DNA of 64,000 bases, taken from the NCBI GenBank assembly GCA_030390025.1, contig CM059432.1, forward strand, positions 5,208,001-5,272,000. The letters run 5' to 3'. Under the pieces are notes generated by a model. It saw only the letters and a program-made list of their open reading frames with translations, was not told the DNA's origin and searched no databases. The translations under genes were made by a program, and so were the position numbers. Within the stretch, counting starts at the first letter, position 1; each line of letters starts with the position of its first letter. This stretch comes from Squalus acanthias (taxonomy: Eukaryota). Shown one piece after another: positions 49,301 through 59,999 of this stretch.

Positions 49301-51482
49301 ACAGACACAAACTGACCTGGAGTGCAGCTGAAGTCTTCTACCACGTCCGGGGTATGGCAGGCCCCAACAACCAAAAACCCCAGTGAACCCCGAAATCGCG
49401 AAATACCTCAACTGTCAAGAACTGTCAAGGAGTGGTGAGCATTATCCCTGGTCCTCTGGAATCAAACCTAGCTAGGCAGTGGGATTGGGAGGGATAAGGG
49501 GTTTTGTATACTGTAATTCTCCCTTGCCTGTACCGTGTGTTCCCCAACCTGTGTTTAAGTATTAAGGGTGTTTTAAGATTGTTTGTGTTGTATCTACCTT
49601 TTCTTGAATAAAAGTTAACGTTCTTTCATCAAAACCTGTTGTCTACTGCACCTTTGTTCACGACCCCTAAATAAGTCCAAGGTCTAGAACCAGGGGAGTG
49701 GGAGCAATTCGAACCGCTCACTGAAGTCAGAGGTGAAGCTGACCCTACAACACCACCCACTACATGGGGAACATTTAAAATGGTGTTCAACAGAGTGCAG
49801 GAAAAATATATTCCGCTAAAAGGAAAGAACAAACGAAAGAATAATGAGACTCCATGGATGAATAAAGCCATAAGGGGACAATTGAGGATAAGGAAAGAGG
49901 CATACATTAAGTACACAGACAGCAGGGGAGTGCATGATAAGAGAGAATACGAAAAGATTAGGAGAGAAGTCAAAAAAACAATTAGGGAGGCAAAGAGGAA
50001 CTATGAAATTAAATTATCAAGGAACATAAAACAAAATAGTAAAATATTTTATCGGCACATCAATAAAAGAAGGAAGGTTGGGATGGGAATAGATCCATTA
50101 AGGGATAGTCAGGATAATACCACAGGTAACGATAGAGAGATGGCAGAAATATTAAATAATTATTTTGCTTCGGTATTTACCAGGGAGATAGAACAGGTGG
50201 ACATGACATTGTATGATGAGATTAGTAATGATATAAGTGCATTTAAAATAAAAAAGGGGATACATTAAATAAACTAATCAAACTCAAAGAGGATAAAACC
50301 CCTGGTTCGGATGGATTGTATCCATGCATTTTAAAAGAATCTAGGGAAGAGATAACAGAGGCATTACTACACATATTTAATAATTCGTTAGAAAAAGGTG
50401 TAGTGCCAGAGGACTGGCGGATAGCTAACGTAATACAGATATTTAAGAAGGGGGATAGAACATGTCCAGGGAATTATAGGCCAGTCAGCTTAACATCAGT
50501 GGTAGGAAAAATAATGGAATCCCTACTAAACGAGAAAATAGAAGAACATCTAGAAACCAAAAATATAATGAATAGTCAGATTTCAAAAGGGAAAGTCTTG
50601 CTTGACCAACCTTAGTGAATTTTTTGAAGAGGTAACAGAGAGAGTAGACAAGGGTAATGCAGTAGATGTAATTTATCTGGATTTTCAAAAGGCCTTCGAT
50701 AAGGTACCCCATAATAGACTGATGAACAAGGTCAGAGAATGCGGAGTCAGGGGACAAGTAGCAGAATGGATTGTTGGCTGGCTTCAGGACAGAAAGCAGA
50801 GAGTAAGGGTAAAGGGTAGCTATTCACAGTGGCAGAAGGTGGGTAGTGGTGTTCCACAAGGATCAGTGCTGGGATCACTGCTGTTCACAATTTACATTAA
50901 TCATTTAGACTTTGGAATCAAAAACACAATATCTAAATTTGCGGATGACACCAAATTGGGGGGGATAGTCAATACTGAGGAGGACTGCAGCAAATTACAG
51001 GAGGACATTGATAAAATTGCAGAATGGGCATATAATTGGCAAATGAAGTTCAACACAGATAAATGTGAGGAATTACATTTTGGTGGAAAGAATAGGGAGG
51101 TCACTTATTACTTGGAGGGTGCGAGTCTAGGTGGGGTAGAGGAACAAAGGGATCTCGGAGTACAAATACACAAATCACTAAAAGTTGCGACACAGGTTAG
51201 CAAGGCCAAAAAAAAAACAACCAAGCACTAGGGTCTATTTCTAGAGGGAAAGAATTGAAAAGTAGGGAAGTTATTCTAAACCTGTATCGAAACTTGGTTA
51301 GACCACACTTAGAGTACTGCGTACAGTTCTAGTCACCATATTATAAAAAGGATATAGAGGCACTGGAGAGGGTGCAGAGAAGATTTACAAGGATAATACC
51401 AGAAATGCGAGGGTACACCTATCAGGAAAGGATGAACAGGCTGGGTCTCTTTTCTCTTGAAAAAGAAGGCTGAGGGGTGACC
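46361..51482 (+). mobile_element. Degenerate CR1 (ORF1 SGNH esterase, ORF2 APE-RT) split by a solo LTR
   Basis: VVIGDSIIRG, HVGTND; EN ORF 47081..47914 (GITETW, YRPP, MGDFN, SDH); RT pieces 49780-51231; frameshifts. Confidence 0.9.
47910..49764 (+). mobile_element. Solo LTR, 1855 bp (Gypsy or ERV1 type)
   Basis: TGTAG...CTACA termini; 4-bp TSD TGGG; removing it restores the CR1 frame QQWGTFK; AATAAA near 49607. Confidence 0.85.
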
Positions 51483-53072
51483 TAAATAGTGGGGGGGAGG
51501 GTTCAGGTGAGCAGAAATTTAAAAAGTCAAAGAGAAAGGAGAAGGCAATAGTGCAGGGTAGCGATAGGGGTAATGATAACCAGAGTATGACAGGAAGGGA
51601 CAGAGCGTCTAAACATAAGAGTGCATCAGAAAGTGAGGTCAGAGTAGGGAAAAATGGTAAAAAGACAAAATTAATAGCTCTTTAACTGAATGCACGCAGC
51701 ATTCGTAACAAGATAAATGAGTTGTCGGCACAAATAGAAGTAAATGGGTATGATCTGATAGCCATTACAGAGATGTGGTTGCAAGGTGACCAAGGCTGGG
51801 AATTTGACATTTCGGAAGGATAGGCAGAAAGGAAAAGGAGGTGGGGTAGCTCTGTTAATAAAGGATGAGATCAGTGCAGTAGTGAGAAATGATATTGGCT
51901 AAGAAGATCAAGATGTAGAATCAGTTTTGGTGGAGATAAGAAATAATAAGGGAAAAAAGTCACTGGTGGGAGTAGTCTCTAATCCCCCTAACAGTGGCTA
52001 CACTGTAGGACAGAGCTAAAATCAACAAATAATGGAGGCTTTTAAGAAAGGTACTGCAATAATCATGGGCGATTTTAATCTTCATATTGATTGGACAAAT
52101 CAAATTGGCAAGGGTAGCCTTGAGGAAGAGTTCTTACAGTGTATTCAGGATGGTTTCTTAGAACAATATGTTGTGGAACCAATCAGGGAGCAGGCTACCT
52201 TAGATCTGGTAATGTGTAATGAGACAGGATTAATTAATGATCTCATAGTAAAGGATCCTCTAGGGAAGAGTGATCATAGCATGATAGAATTTCAAATTCA
52301 GTTTGAGGGTGAGAAAGTTGAGTCTCAAACCAGTGTCCTGAACTTGAATAAAGGCAATTGCAAAGGTATGAAGGCAGAGTTGGCTAAAGTTGACTGGGAA
52401 AATAGATTAAAGGGTAAGACAGTTGATAAGCAGTGGCAGACATTTAAGCAGATATTTCAAAACTCTCAGCAAAGATATATTCCAGTGAGAAGGAAAGACT
52501 CTAAGAGAAGGATGAACCATCCGTGGCTAACTAAGGAAGTAAAGGATGGTATCAAATTGAAAACAAAGGCATACATTTTGCGAAGATTAGTGGTAGGCCA
52601 GGGGATTGGGAATTTTTAGAAACCAGCAAAGGATGACTAAAAAAAAATAAAGAGAGAGAAGATAGATTATGACAGTAAACTAGCAAGAAATATAAAAACA
52701 GACAGTAAGAGCTTGTACAGGTATATAAAAAGGAAGAGAGTAGCTAAAGTAAACATTGGTCCCTTGGAGGATGAGACGAGGGAATTAATAATAGGAAATA
52801 GGGAAATGGCAGAGACTTTGAACAAATTGAGGTGGAGGACTCAAGAGGCGGCGGCGACCAGGTAGGCCCACAGAGGCTTTTAAAGTGCGGGACGCAGTGG
52901 TTGCTGGGTAGGTGATTAATTTTTACCTGTATATAAGTTGGGCGGTTCCTAAACCCGAGACACTACACTTGTAGTGTCCCCCAACCTTCCTCCTCCTCTA
53001 ACCTAAAGGAGGTGAGTGACTATCAGGTAAGCTTTTTTTGTTCTAGTTTAATCTGCAAGTTAGCTGGAGGGG

Positions 53073-53984
53073 ATGGCAGGGGAGGCAGTGAAATGTTCCT
53101 CCTGCAGAATGTTTGAGGTGAGGGACGCCGTAGGTGTCCCTGCTGATTACACCTGTGGGAAGTGCACCCATCTCCAGCTCCTCGAAAACCGTGTTAGGGA
53201 ACTGGAGCTGGAGCTGGATGAACTTCGGATCATTCGGGAGGCAGAGGAGGTCATAGATAGAAGCTTCAGAGATGTAATTACTCCAAAGCATGAAGATAGA
53301 TGGGTGACGGTGAGAGGGGCTAGGAGGAAGCAGTCAGTGCAGGGATCCTCTGTGGTCGTTCCCCTCAGTAACAGGTATACCGCTTTGAATACTGTTGAGG
53401 GGGACGACTTACCAGTGGTAAGCCACGGTGACCGGATCTCCGGCGCTGGGTCCGTACCTGTGGCTCAGAAGGGAAGGGGGGAGAGCAGGAGAGCAATAGT
53501 TATTGGGGACTCAATAGTCAGAGGGACAGATAGGAGGTTCTGTGGCAGCAAAAGAGACTCACGGATGGTATGTTGCCTCCCGGGTGCCAGGGACCGTGTT
53601 TTCAGAATCCTCAAAGGGGAAGGGGAACAATCACAAGTCGTGGTACACATCGGTACCAACGACATAGGTAGGAGAAGGGACGGGGATTTAAAACAGGAAT
53701 TTAGGGAGCTAGGTTGGAAGCTGAGAGCCAGTACAAACCATGTTGTAATTTCTGGTTTGTTGCCGGTGCCACGTGCTAGCGAGTTGAGGAACAGGGAGAG
53801 AGTGCAGATAAACACGTGGCTGCAGGGATGGTGTAGGGGGGAGGGTTTCAGTTATGTGGATAATTGGAGCACATTCTGGGGAAGGTGGGACCTGTACAAA
53901 CAGGACGGTTTGCACCTGAACCAGAGGGGCACCAATATCCTGGGAGGGAAATTTGCTACGGCTCTTCGGGGGGGTTTAAACTAA
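53073..53984 (+). CDS. CR1 ORF1p: CxxC-CxxC zinc finger, leucine zipper, SGNH esterase
   Basis: CSSC...CGKC, LENRVRELELELDEL, VIGDSIVRG, HIGTND, DGLHLN. Confidence 0.92.
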   Translation: MAGEAVKCSSCRMFEVRDAVGVPADYTCGKCTHLQLLENRVRELELELDELRIIREAEEVIDRSFRDVITPKHEDRWVTVRGARRKQSVQGSSVVVPLSNRYTALNTVEGDDLPVVSHGDRISGAGSVPVAQKGRGESRRAIVIGDSIVRGTDRRFCGSKRDSRMVCCLPGARDRVFRILKGEGEQSQVVVHIGTNDIGRRRDGDLKQEFRELGWKLRASTNHVVISGLLPVPRASELRNRERVQINTWLQGWCRGEGFSYVDNWSTFWGRWDLYKQDGLHLNQRGTNILGGKFATALRGGLN

Positions 53985-56881
53985 TTTGTCAGGGGGATGG
54001 GAAAAAGGGCTGTAGTCCACGAGCCAGTGGTGAGTGTAGGGAGGTACTGAGGAGGGTATCAAGGTCGCAGGAATGTACCGGCAGACAGGAAGATGGCTTG
54101 AAGTGTGTCTACTTCAATGCAAGGAGCATCCGGAATAAGGTAGGAGAACTTGGAGCGTGGATTGGTACTTGGGACTACGATGTGGTGGCCATTACGGAGA
54201 CATGGTTAGAACAGGGACAGGAATGGTTGTTGGAAGTTCCGGGGTATAGATGTTTCAGTAAGAGTAGGGAAGTTGGTAAGAAAGGTGGAGGAGTAGCATT
54301 GTTAATCAAGGATAGTTTAACAGCGGCAGAAAGGCAGTTCGAGGGGGATCTGCCGTCTGAGGTAATATGGGCTGAAGTTAGAAATAGGAAAGGAGCGGTC
54401 ACGTTGTTAGGAGTTTTCTACAGGCCCCCAAATAGTAATAAAGATGTGGAGGAAGAAATTGCAAAGCAGATTATGAATAGGTGTGGAGGTCACAGAATAG
54501 TTGTCATGGGTGACTTCAACTTTCCAAATATTGATTGGAACCTTTATAGGTCAAACAGTTCGGATGGGATAGTTTTTGCACAGTGTGTGCAGGAGGGTTT
54601 CCTGACACAATATGTGGATAGGCCGACAAGAGGTGGGGCCACGTTGGATTTGGTACTGGGTAATGAACCGGGCCAAGTGTTTGATTTGTATGTGGGAGAG
54701 CACTTTGGAGATAGTGACCACAATTCGGTAACTTTCACTATTGCAATGGAGAGGGATAGGGCCATACGGCAGGGCAGGGTTTATAATTGGGGGAGGGGTA
54801 ATTATGATGCGATTAGGCAAGAATTAGGGAGTATAAGATGGGAACAGAAACTATCAGGGAAAGGCACAAACGAAAAGTGGAGCTTTTTCATGGAGCAATT
54901 ACTGCGTGTCCTTGATAGGTATGTCCCTGTCAGGCAGGGAGGAAATGGCCGAGTGAGAGAACCATGGTTCACAAAAGAGGTTGAATGTCTAGTCAAGAGG
55001 AAAAAGGAAGCGTATGTAAGGATGAGAAAACAAGGTTCAGTTGGGTCGATTGAGGGGTACAAGGTAGCAAGGAATGAGCTAAAAAAAGAGCTTAGGAGAG
55101 CTAGGAGGGGACATGAGAAGTCCTTGGCGGGTCGGATCAAGAAAAACCCCAAGGCTTTTTACTCTTATGTGAGAAATAAAAGAATGACCAGGGTGAGGGT
55201 AGGGCCGGTCAAGGACAGTAGTGGGAACTTGTGCATGGAGTCAGAAGAGATAGGAGAGGTGATGAATGAATACTTTTTGTCAGTGTTCACCGAGGAGAGG
55301 GGCCATGTTCTTGAGGATGAGAGTGTGATAAAGGTGGATAGGCTGGAGGTGGTAGATGTTCTGAGGGAAGATGTTTTAGTAATTTTGAAGAACCTGAGGG
55401 TCGATAAGTCCCCTGGGCCAGATGGGATATATCCTAGGATTCTTTGGGAGGCAAGGGAGGAGATTGCAGAGCCTCTGGCTTTGATCTTTGGGTCCTCACT
55501 GTCCACGGGGATGGTGCCAGAGGACTGGAGAGTGGCGAATGTTGTTCCTCTCTTCAAGAAAGGAAATAGGAATGACCCTGGTAATTATAGGCCGGTTAGT
55601 CTTACTTCGGTGGTTGGTAAGATAATGGAAAAGGTCCTGAGGGATAGGATTTATGACCATTTGGAAAGGGGCAACTTAATCAGGGATAGTCAACACGGAT
55701 TCGTGAAGGGTAAGTCTTGCCTAACAAATTTGATTGAATTCTTTGAGGAGGTAACTAAGTGTGTAGATGAAGGTAGAGCAGTTGATGTCGTATACATGGA
55801 TTTTAGTAAGGCGTTTGATAAGGTTCCCCATGGTCGTCTCATGAAGAAAGTAAGGAGTTGTGGGATAGAGGGAAATTTGGCCGATTGGATAAGTAACTGG
55901 CTATCTCATAGAAGGCAGAGGGTGGTGGTGGATGGAACATTTTCGGACTGGAGACCAGTTACCAGCGGTGTGCCACAGGGGTCGGTGCTGGGTCCTCTGC
56001 TGTTTGTGATTTTTATCAATGACTTGGAGGAGGGGACTGAAGGGTGGATCAGTAAATTTGCTGATGACACCAAGATTGGTGGAGCAGTGGATGAGGTGGA
56101 GGGCAGTTGTAGGCTGCAAAGAGACATTGATAGGATGCAGAGCTGGGCCGAAAAATGGCAGATGGAATTTAACCCTGATAAGTGCGAGGTGATTCATTTT
56201 GGTAGGGCAAATTTGAATAAGGATTACAGGGTCAACGGCAGGGTTCTGAGGAACGTGGAGGAGCAGAGGGATCTGGGGGTTCATATCCACAGATCTCTGA
56301 AGGTTGCCACTCAAGTGGATAGAGCAGTAAAGAAGGCCTATGGTGTGTTGGCGTTTATTAACAGAGGGTTTGAGTTTAAGAACCGTGAGGTTATGCTGCA
56401 ACTGTACAGGACCTTGGTGAGACCACATTTGGAATATTGTGTGCAGTTCTGGTCACCTCACTATAGGAAGGACGTGGAAGCATTGGAAAGAGTGCAAAGG
56501 AGATTTACCAGGATGCTGCCTGGTTTGGGGGGGAGGTCTTATGAGGAAAGATTGAGGGAGTTGGGGCTTTTCTCTTTAGAGCGGAGGAGGATGAGAGGCG
56601 ACTTAATAGAGGTTTATAAGATGATGAGGGGGATAGATAGAGTGGATGTTCAGAGACTATTTCCTCGGGTAGAGGCAGCTGTTACAAGGGGGCATAACTA
56701 TAAGGTGCATGGGGGGAGATATAGAAGGGATGTCCGAGGTAGATTCTTTACTCAGAGAGTGGTTGGGGTGTGGAATGGACTGCCTGCTGTGATAGTGGAG
56801 TCGGACACTTTAGGAACTTTCAAGCGGTTATTGGATAAGCACATGGAGCACACCAGAGTGATAGGGAGTGTGATAGCTTGA
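53975..56881 (+). CDS. CR1 ORF2p: APE endonuclease and reverse transcriptase, uninterrupted; in the -1 frame relative to ORF1
   Basis: Frame open from 53864; NARS, ITETW, GDFN, SDH; YMDFSKAFD, PQGS, FADD; first in-frame ATG only at 54473. Confidence 0.93.
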   Translation, partial: FKLICQGDGKKGCSPRASGECREVLRRVSRSQECTGRQEDGLKCVYFNARSIRNKVGELGAWIGTWDYDVVAITETWLEQGQEWLLEVPGYRCFSKSREVGKKGGGVALLIKDSLTAAERQFEGDLPSEVIWAEVRNRKGAVTLLGVFYRPPNSNKDVEEEIAKQIMNRCGGHRIVVMGDFNFPNIDWNLYRSNSSDGIVFAQCVQEGFLTQYVDRPTRGGATLDLVLGNEPGQVFDLYVGEHFGDSDHNSVTFTIAMERDRAIRQGRVYNWGRGNYDAIRQELGSIRWEQKLSGKGTNEKWSFFMEQLLRVLDRYVPVRQGGNGRVREPWFTKEVECLVKRKKEAYVRMRKQGSVGSIEGYKVARNELKKELRRARRGHEKSLAGRIKKNPKAFYSYVRNKRMTRVRVGPVKDSSGNLCMESEEIGEVMNEYFLSVFTEERGHVLEDESVIKVDRLEVVDVLREDVLVILKNLRVDKSPGPDGIYPRILWEAREEIAEPLALIFGSSLSTGMVPEDWRVANVVPLFKKGNRNDPGNYRPVSLTSVVGKIMEKVLRDRIYDHLERGNLIRDSQHGFVKGKSCLTNLIEFFEEVTKCVDEGRAVDVVYMDFSKAFDKVPHGRLMKKVRSCGIEGNLADWISNWLSHRRQRVVVDGTFSDWRPVTSGVPQGSVLGPLLFVIFINDLEEGTEGWISKFADDTKIGGAVDEVEGSCRLQRDIDRMQSWAEKWQMEFNPDKCEVIHFGRANLNKDYRVNGRVLRNVEEQRDLGVHIHRSLKVATQVDRAVKKAYGVLAFINRGFEFKNREVMLQLYRTLVRPHLEYCVQFWSPHYRKDVEALERVQRRFTRMLPGLGGRSYEERLRELGLFSLERRRMRGDLIEVYKMMRGIDRVDVQRLFPRVEAAVTRGHNYKVHGGRYRRDVRGRFFTQRVVGVWNGLPAVIVESDTLGTFKRLLDKHMEHTRVIGSVIA

Positions 56882-57612
56882 TCTTGGTCTCGGACAATGC
56901 TCGGCACAACATCGAGGGCCGAAGGGCCTGTACTGTGCTGTACTCTTCTATGTTCTATAAATATTTTGTATCGGTCTTCACGATAGAAGACACTAAAAGC
57001 ATCCCAATAATGGATAATCAAGGGGCTATTGGGAGGGGGGAACTTAAAACAATCAGCATCACTGGAGAAAAAGTACTCAGTAAAATAATGGGACTAAAGG
57101 TGGACAAGTCCCCTGGACCTGATGGCCTGCATCCTAAGGTCTTAAAAGAAGTGGCTGCAGAGATAGTGGATACATTGGTTGCAATCTACCAAAATTCCCT
57201 GGATTCTGGAGAGGTCCCAGCGGATTGGAAAACCGCAAATGTGACGCCCCTATTTAAGAAAGGAGGGAGACAGAAAGCAGGAAACTATAGACCAGTTAGC
57301 CTGTCATTGGGAAAATACTGGTGTCCATTATTAAGGAAGTAATAGCAGGACATTTAGAAAATCATAATACAGTCAAGCAGAGTCAGCAAGGTTTTATGAA
57401 AGGGAAATCATGTTTGACAAATTTGCTGGAGTTCTTTGAGGATGTAATGAGCAGGGTGGACAAAGGTGAACCAGTAGATGTGGTGTATTTGGATTTCCAG
57501 AAGGCATTCGATAAGGTGTCACATAAAAAGGTTACTGTACAAGATAAGAGCTCACGAGGTTGGGGGTAATATATTAGCATGGATAGAGGATTGGCTAACT
57601 AACAGAAAACAG

Positions 57613-58662
57613 AGGGCTGAATTTTGCCAATGGGGAGCTTTTGGAGGCGGGACTCCCACTTGTCGGGTTTCAGTCCCGCCTCCATCAACTTCTGGCCAAC
57701 CCACGCTATTTTCCCTTGATTGACCTTGTTAAGCCCGCCCAGCGGGCTTAGCAGGCCAATTGAGGGGAAGCCGGTTACAGAGAACGTCAGCGTATGACAT
57801 TGCATCTGTCAAAATTTTTAACAGATGAATTGTCATCGTTTGACAGCTCTGTGAAGTCATCCAAGTCATCAATATAGATTGTAAATAGTTGAGGCCCCAG
57901 CAGCGGTGTCCTGTCCAACATCACCCTTTGTTTCTAAATGGGCGCTTTCCAAACTCCAGGAGGCACCTTCACTGTTTGGCTGAAAATCTCCAGAGGGTTA
58001 AATTGGACCGGTTTCTCAGGCGCTACGTGGCCTCCGAAGGCCCCAGATAGCGGGCAGGAAGGGTGCTCTCACTTCCGACCAGATGTGCGCCGCCCGCCAT
58101 ATTGGGTAAGGGCAAACAAGAGGCACCTTTTACCCAGGCCTGAAGCAGGTGTTAGGCCAGGTGCACGTGGGCTCTGATGCCCGCCTCAGGTTCTCACTGT
58201 AACATTGGCTTGCCCCGAGGCAGCCAGCGCCAACGCACCAACCCTAAACACCGCATGAATCAAAACAAAGGTAAGCACTTGCCACAATCACCATGTCGCT
58301 CGTCGCCACTCCTGACCTGGAGATCCCCCCCAACCTCTGACCTCCAGGCCCTCCGTGCCCCCCCCCGATCTCCCGCCCTCTCCCCCGACCACCAATCGTG
58401 ATCACCCTGACCCCTGATTACTCCCTCCACGCCCCCCTGCCCCCCCCCGATGTCTCCACGACCCCCGATCGCAGCCTCCACGGCCCACCTGACCCAACCC
58501 AACCCGCGCGGCCTCCTCCCGCGGTGCCAGCTTCATCACGGTGAGGGCCGAGGATCAATAACTGGGGCTGCTCAGACCACACCATTAGTGCGCGGGGAAT
58601 AACGCTGAGCCAAAGGTGGTGTGGGGGTGGCGGGGGGGGGAAACGTTCCCGAATTTAATCCC
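57613..58662. mobile_element. Rearranged Harbinger-like MITE(s) with CCCCGATC-rich interior and an inverted CR1 piece (57855-57903)
   Basis: Ends GGGGCTGAATTTT / GAATTTAATCCC. Confidence 0.5.
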
Positions 58663-58959
58663 TTAGTTCTTCACAAAGTATCATTCGGCCAAGTTTCATG
58701 ATTTTTGCATAATTCAGGCACATCATGTACTTTAACCATTTGGACTGAGTTCCAATGATAGCTGCTAATAAAAATAAAACATGGAGGAGAGAAAAGAGAC
58801 TCTCGTGACAATACTTAAAAGCAACTCACTTTTTGCAACATATCTCAAAGATCTTTTATGGCACACTGTTTCCATTATCTCCACAGAGCCATTATCTCCA
58901 CTGATAACGCAGCTCTGGCATTGGTGGAAGAGACCGTAAGTTGCATTTCAAATATCGGT

Positions 58960-59194
58960 CATGATGCGGAGATGCCAGTGTTGGACTGGGGTGGACAAAA
59001 ATGAGAAGTCGCACAACACCAGGTTATAGTCCAACTGATTTATTTAAAATTACAAGCTTTCGGAGCTATCGCCCCTTCCTCAGGTAAATTCACTCATTGT
59101 AACTTTACCTGAGGAAGGGGCGATAGCTCCGAAAGCTTGTAATTTTAAATAAATCTGTTGGACTATAACCTGGTGTTGTGCGACTTCGCATTTT
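58960..59194. mobile_element. Palindromic Penelope-type non-autonomous element
   Basis: 91-nt inverted arms 58998-59088 and 59104-59194 (2 mismatches), 15-nt spacer. Confidence 0.8.
59105..59142 (+). ncRNA. Minimal type I hammerhead ribozyme motif (mirror copy on minus at 59050-59087)
   Basis: TTAC-CTGAGGA-A-GGGGC GATA GCTCC-GAAA-GC-TT-GTAA: core boxes, 5-bp stem II, palindromic AAGCTT stem III, 4-bp stem I. Confidence 0.65.
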
Positions 59195-59573
59195 AAATAG
59201 ACACGCTAATGGAAAATGGTGTGATCAGAGTCTGTCATGGACTTGTTAAACGCTCACATATAATCGAACGCCACGTCACACACCATCCTGACTTGGAAAT
59301 ATATCGGCCGTTCCTTCATCGTCGCTGGGTCAAAATCCTGGGACTCCCTCCTTAACAGCGCTGTGGGAGCACCTTCACCACACGGACTGCAGCGGTTCAA
59401 GAAGGCGGCTCACCACCACCTTCTCAAGGGCAACTAGGGATGGGCAATAAATGTTGGGTCTTGTCAGCGCCGCCCACACCCCATGAAATAAATTTTTAAA
59501 ATATATAATTGACATCCCAAATCCTTGATTCTCATTGCCACCGATTATTTGTAACAGCGTGTGAATTTTTTTT

Positions 59574-59731
59574 GTTAATAATTAGGTGAGGCAGGTACCC
59601 AAGTTCCCATGCCTTTCGCTTAGAGGACACCAGCAATCTTCGTTTTTTCTCTCTCACTAGGTTTCTTGCTGTCAAAGCACCTGAAAGCCAAAGTCCTCAC
59701 TGTAATCAACAACTCGAATGCCAAAGTCCTA
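59574..59731 (+). promoter_or_regulatory. HNF1-like site and two HNF4-like sites upstream of the signal-peptide exon
   Basis: GTTAATAATTAGG at 59574; GCCAAAGTCCT near 59687 and 59720. Confidence 0.45.
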
Positions 59732-59763
59732 AATCGCATGGAGATCGATGCACCTCGCTCAGC

Positions 59764-59829
59764 ATGGCTCTCAGCTTTCTCTACTTGTCTTTATGTTCGC
59801 TTGTAATTTCAACAGCTGCACATGCCTTG
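59764..59829 (+). CDS. Probable first coding exon (signal peptide) of a secreted or membrane protein, possibly meprin A beta (MEP1B)
   Basis: AGCATGG Kozak; MALSFLYLSLCSLVISTAAHAL; phase-0 donor GTAAGT; unique sequence; MEP1B follows RNF125-RNF138 in human. Confidence 0.55.
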
Positions 59830-59999
59830 GTAAGTTAACGGCACACAGATAGTGTGGTCTTTCTTTCCAAGTACACAGCTGTTTGTAATGACTAACTAAT
59901 GACCACTTATTTGCACATCTTTGTAAGAGTCAGCAACCCGTTGTGTGTGAAGAAAGGCAAATCCTGTATGTTCACATTACGAGTTGATATCCTGTGGCA

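Larger units (their letters stand above)
52827..56958 (+). mobile_element. Young, apparently full-length CR1 LINE
   Basis: 5' UTR, ORF1, ORF2, 3' UTR with TTCTATGTTCTAT tail; AAAT duplicated at the junctions. Confidence 0.95.
51483..57615 (+). mobile_element. Degenerate CR1 ORF2 (51483-52826 and 56959-57615) split by a younger CR1
   Basis: ...GAGACTTTGAACAAAT | AAATATTTTGTATC... rejoins as in the copy at 37180. Confidence 0.88.
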
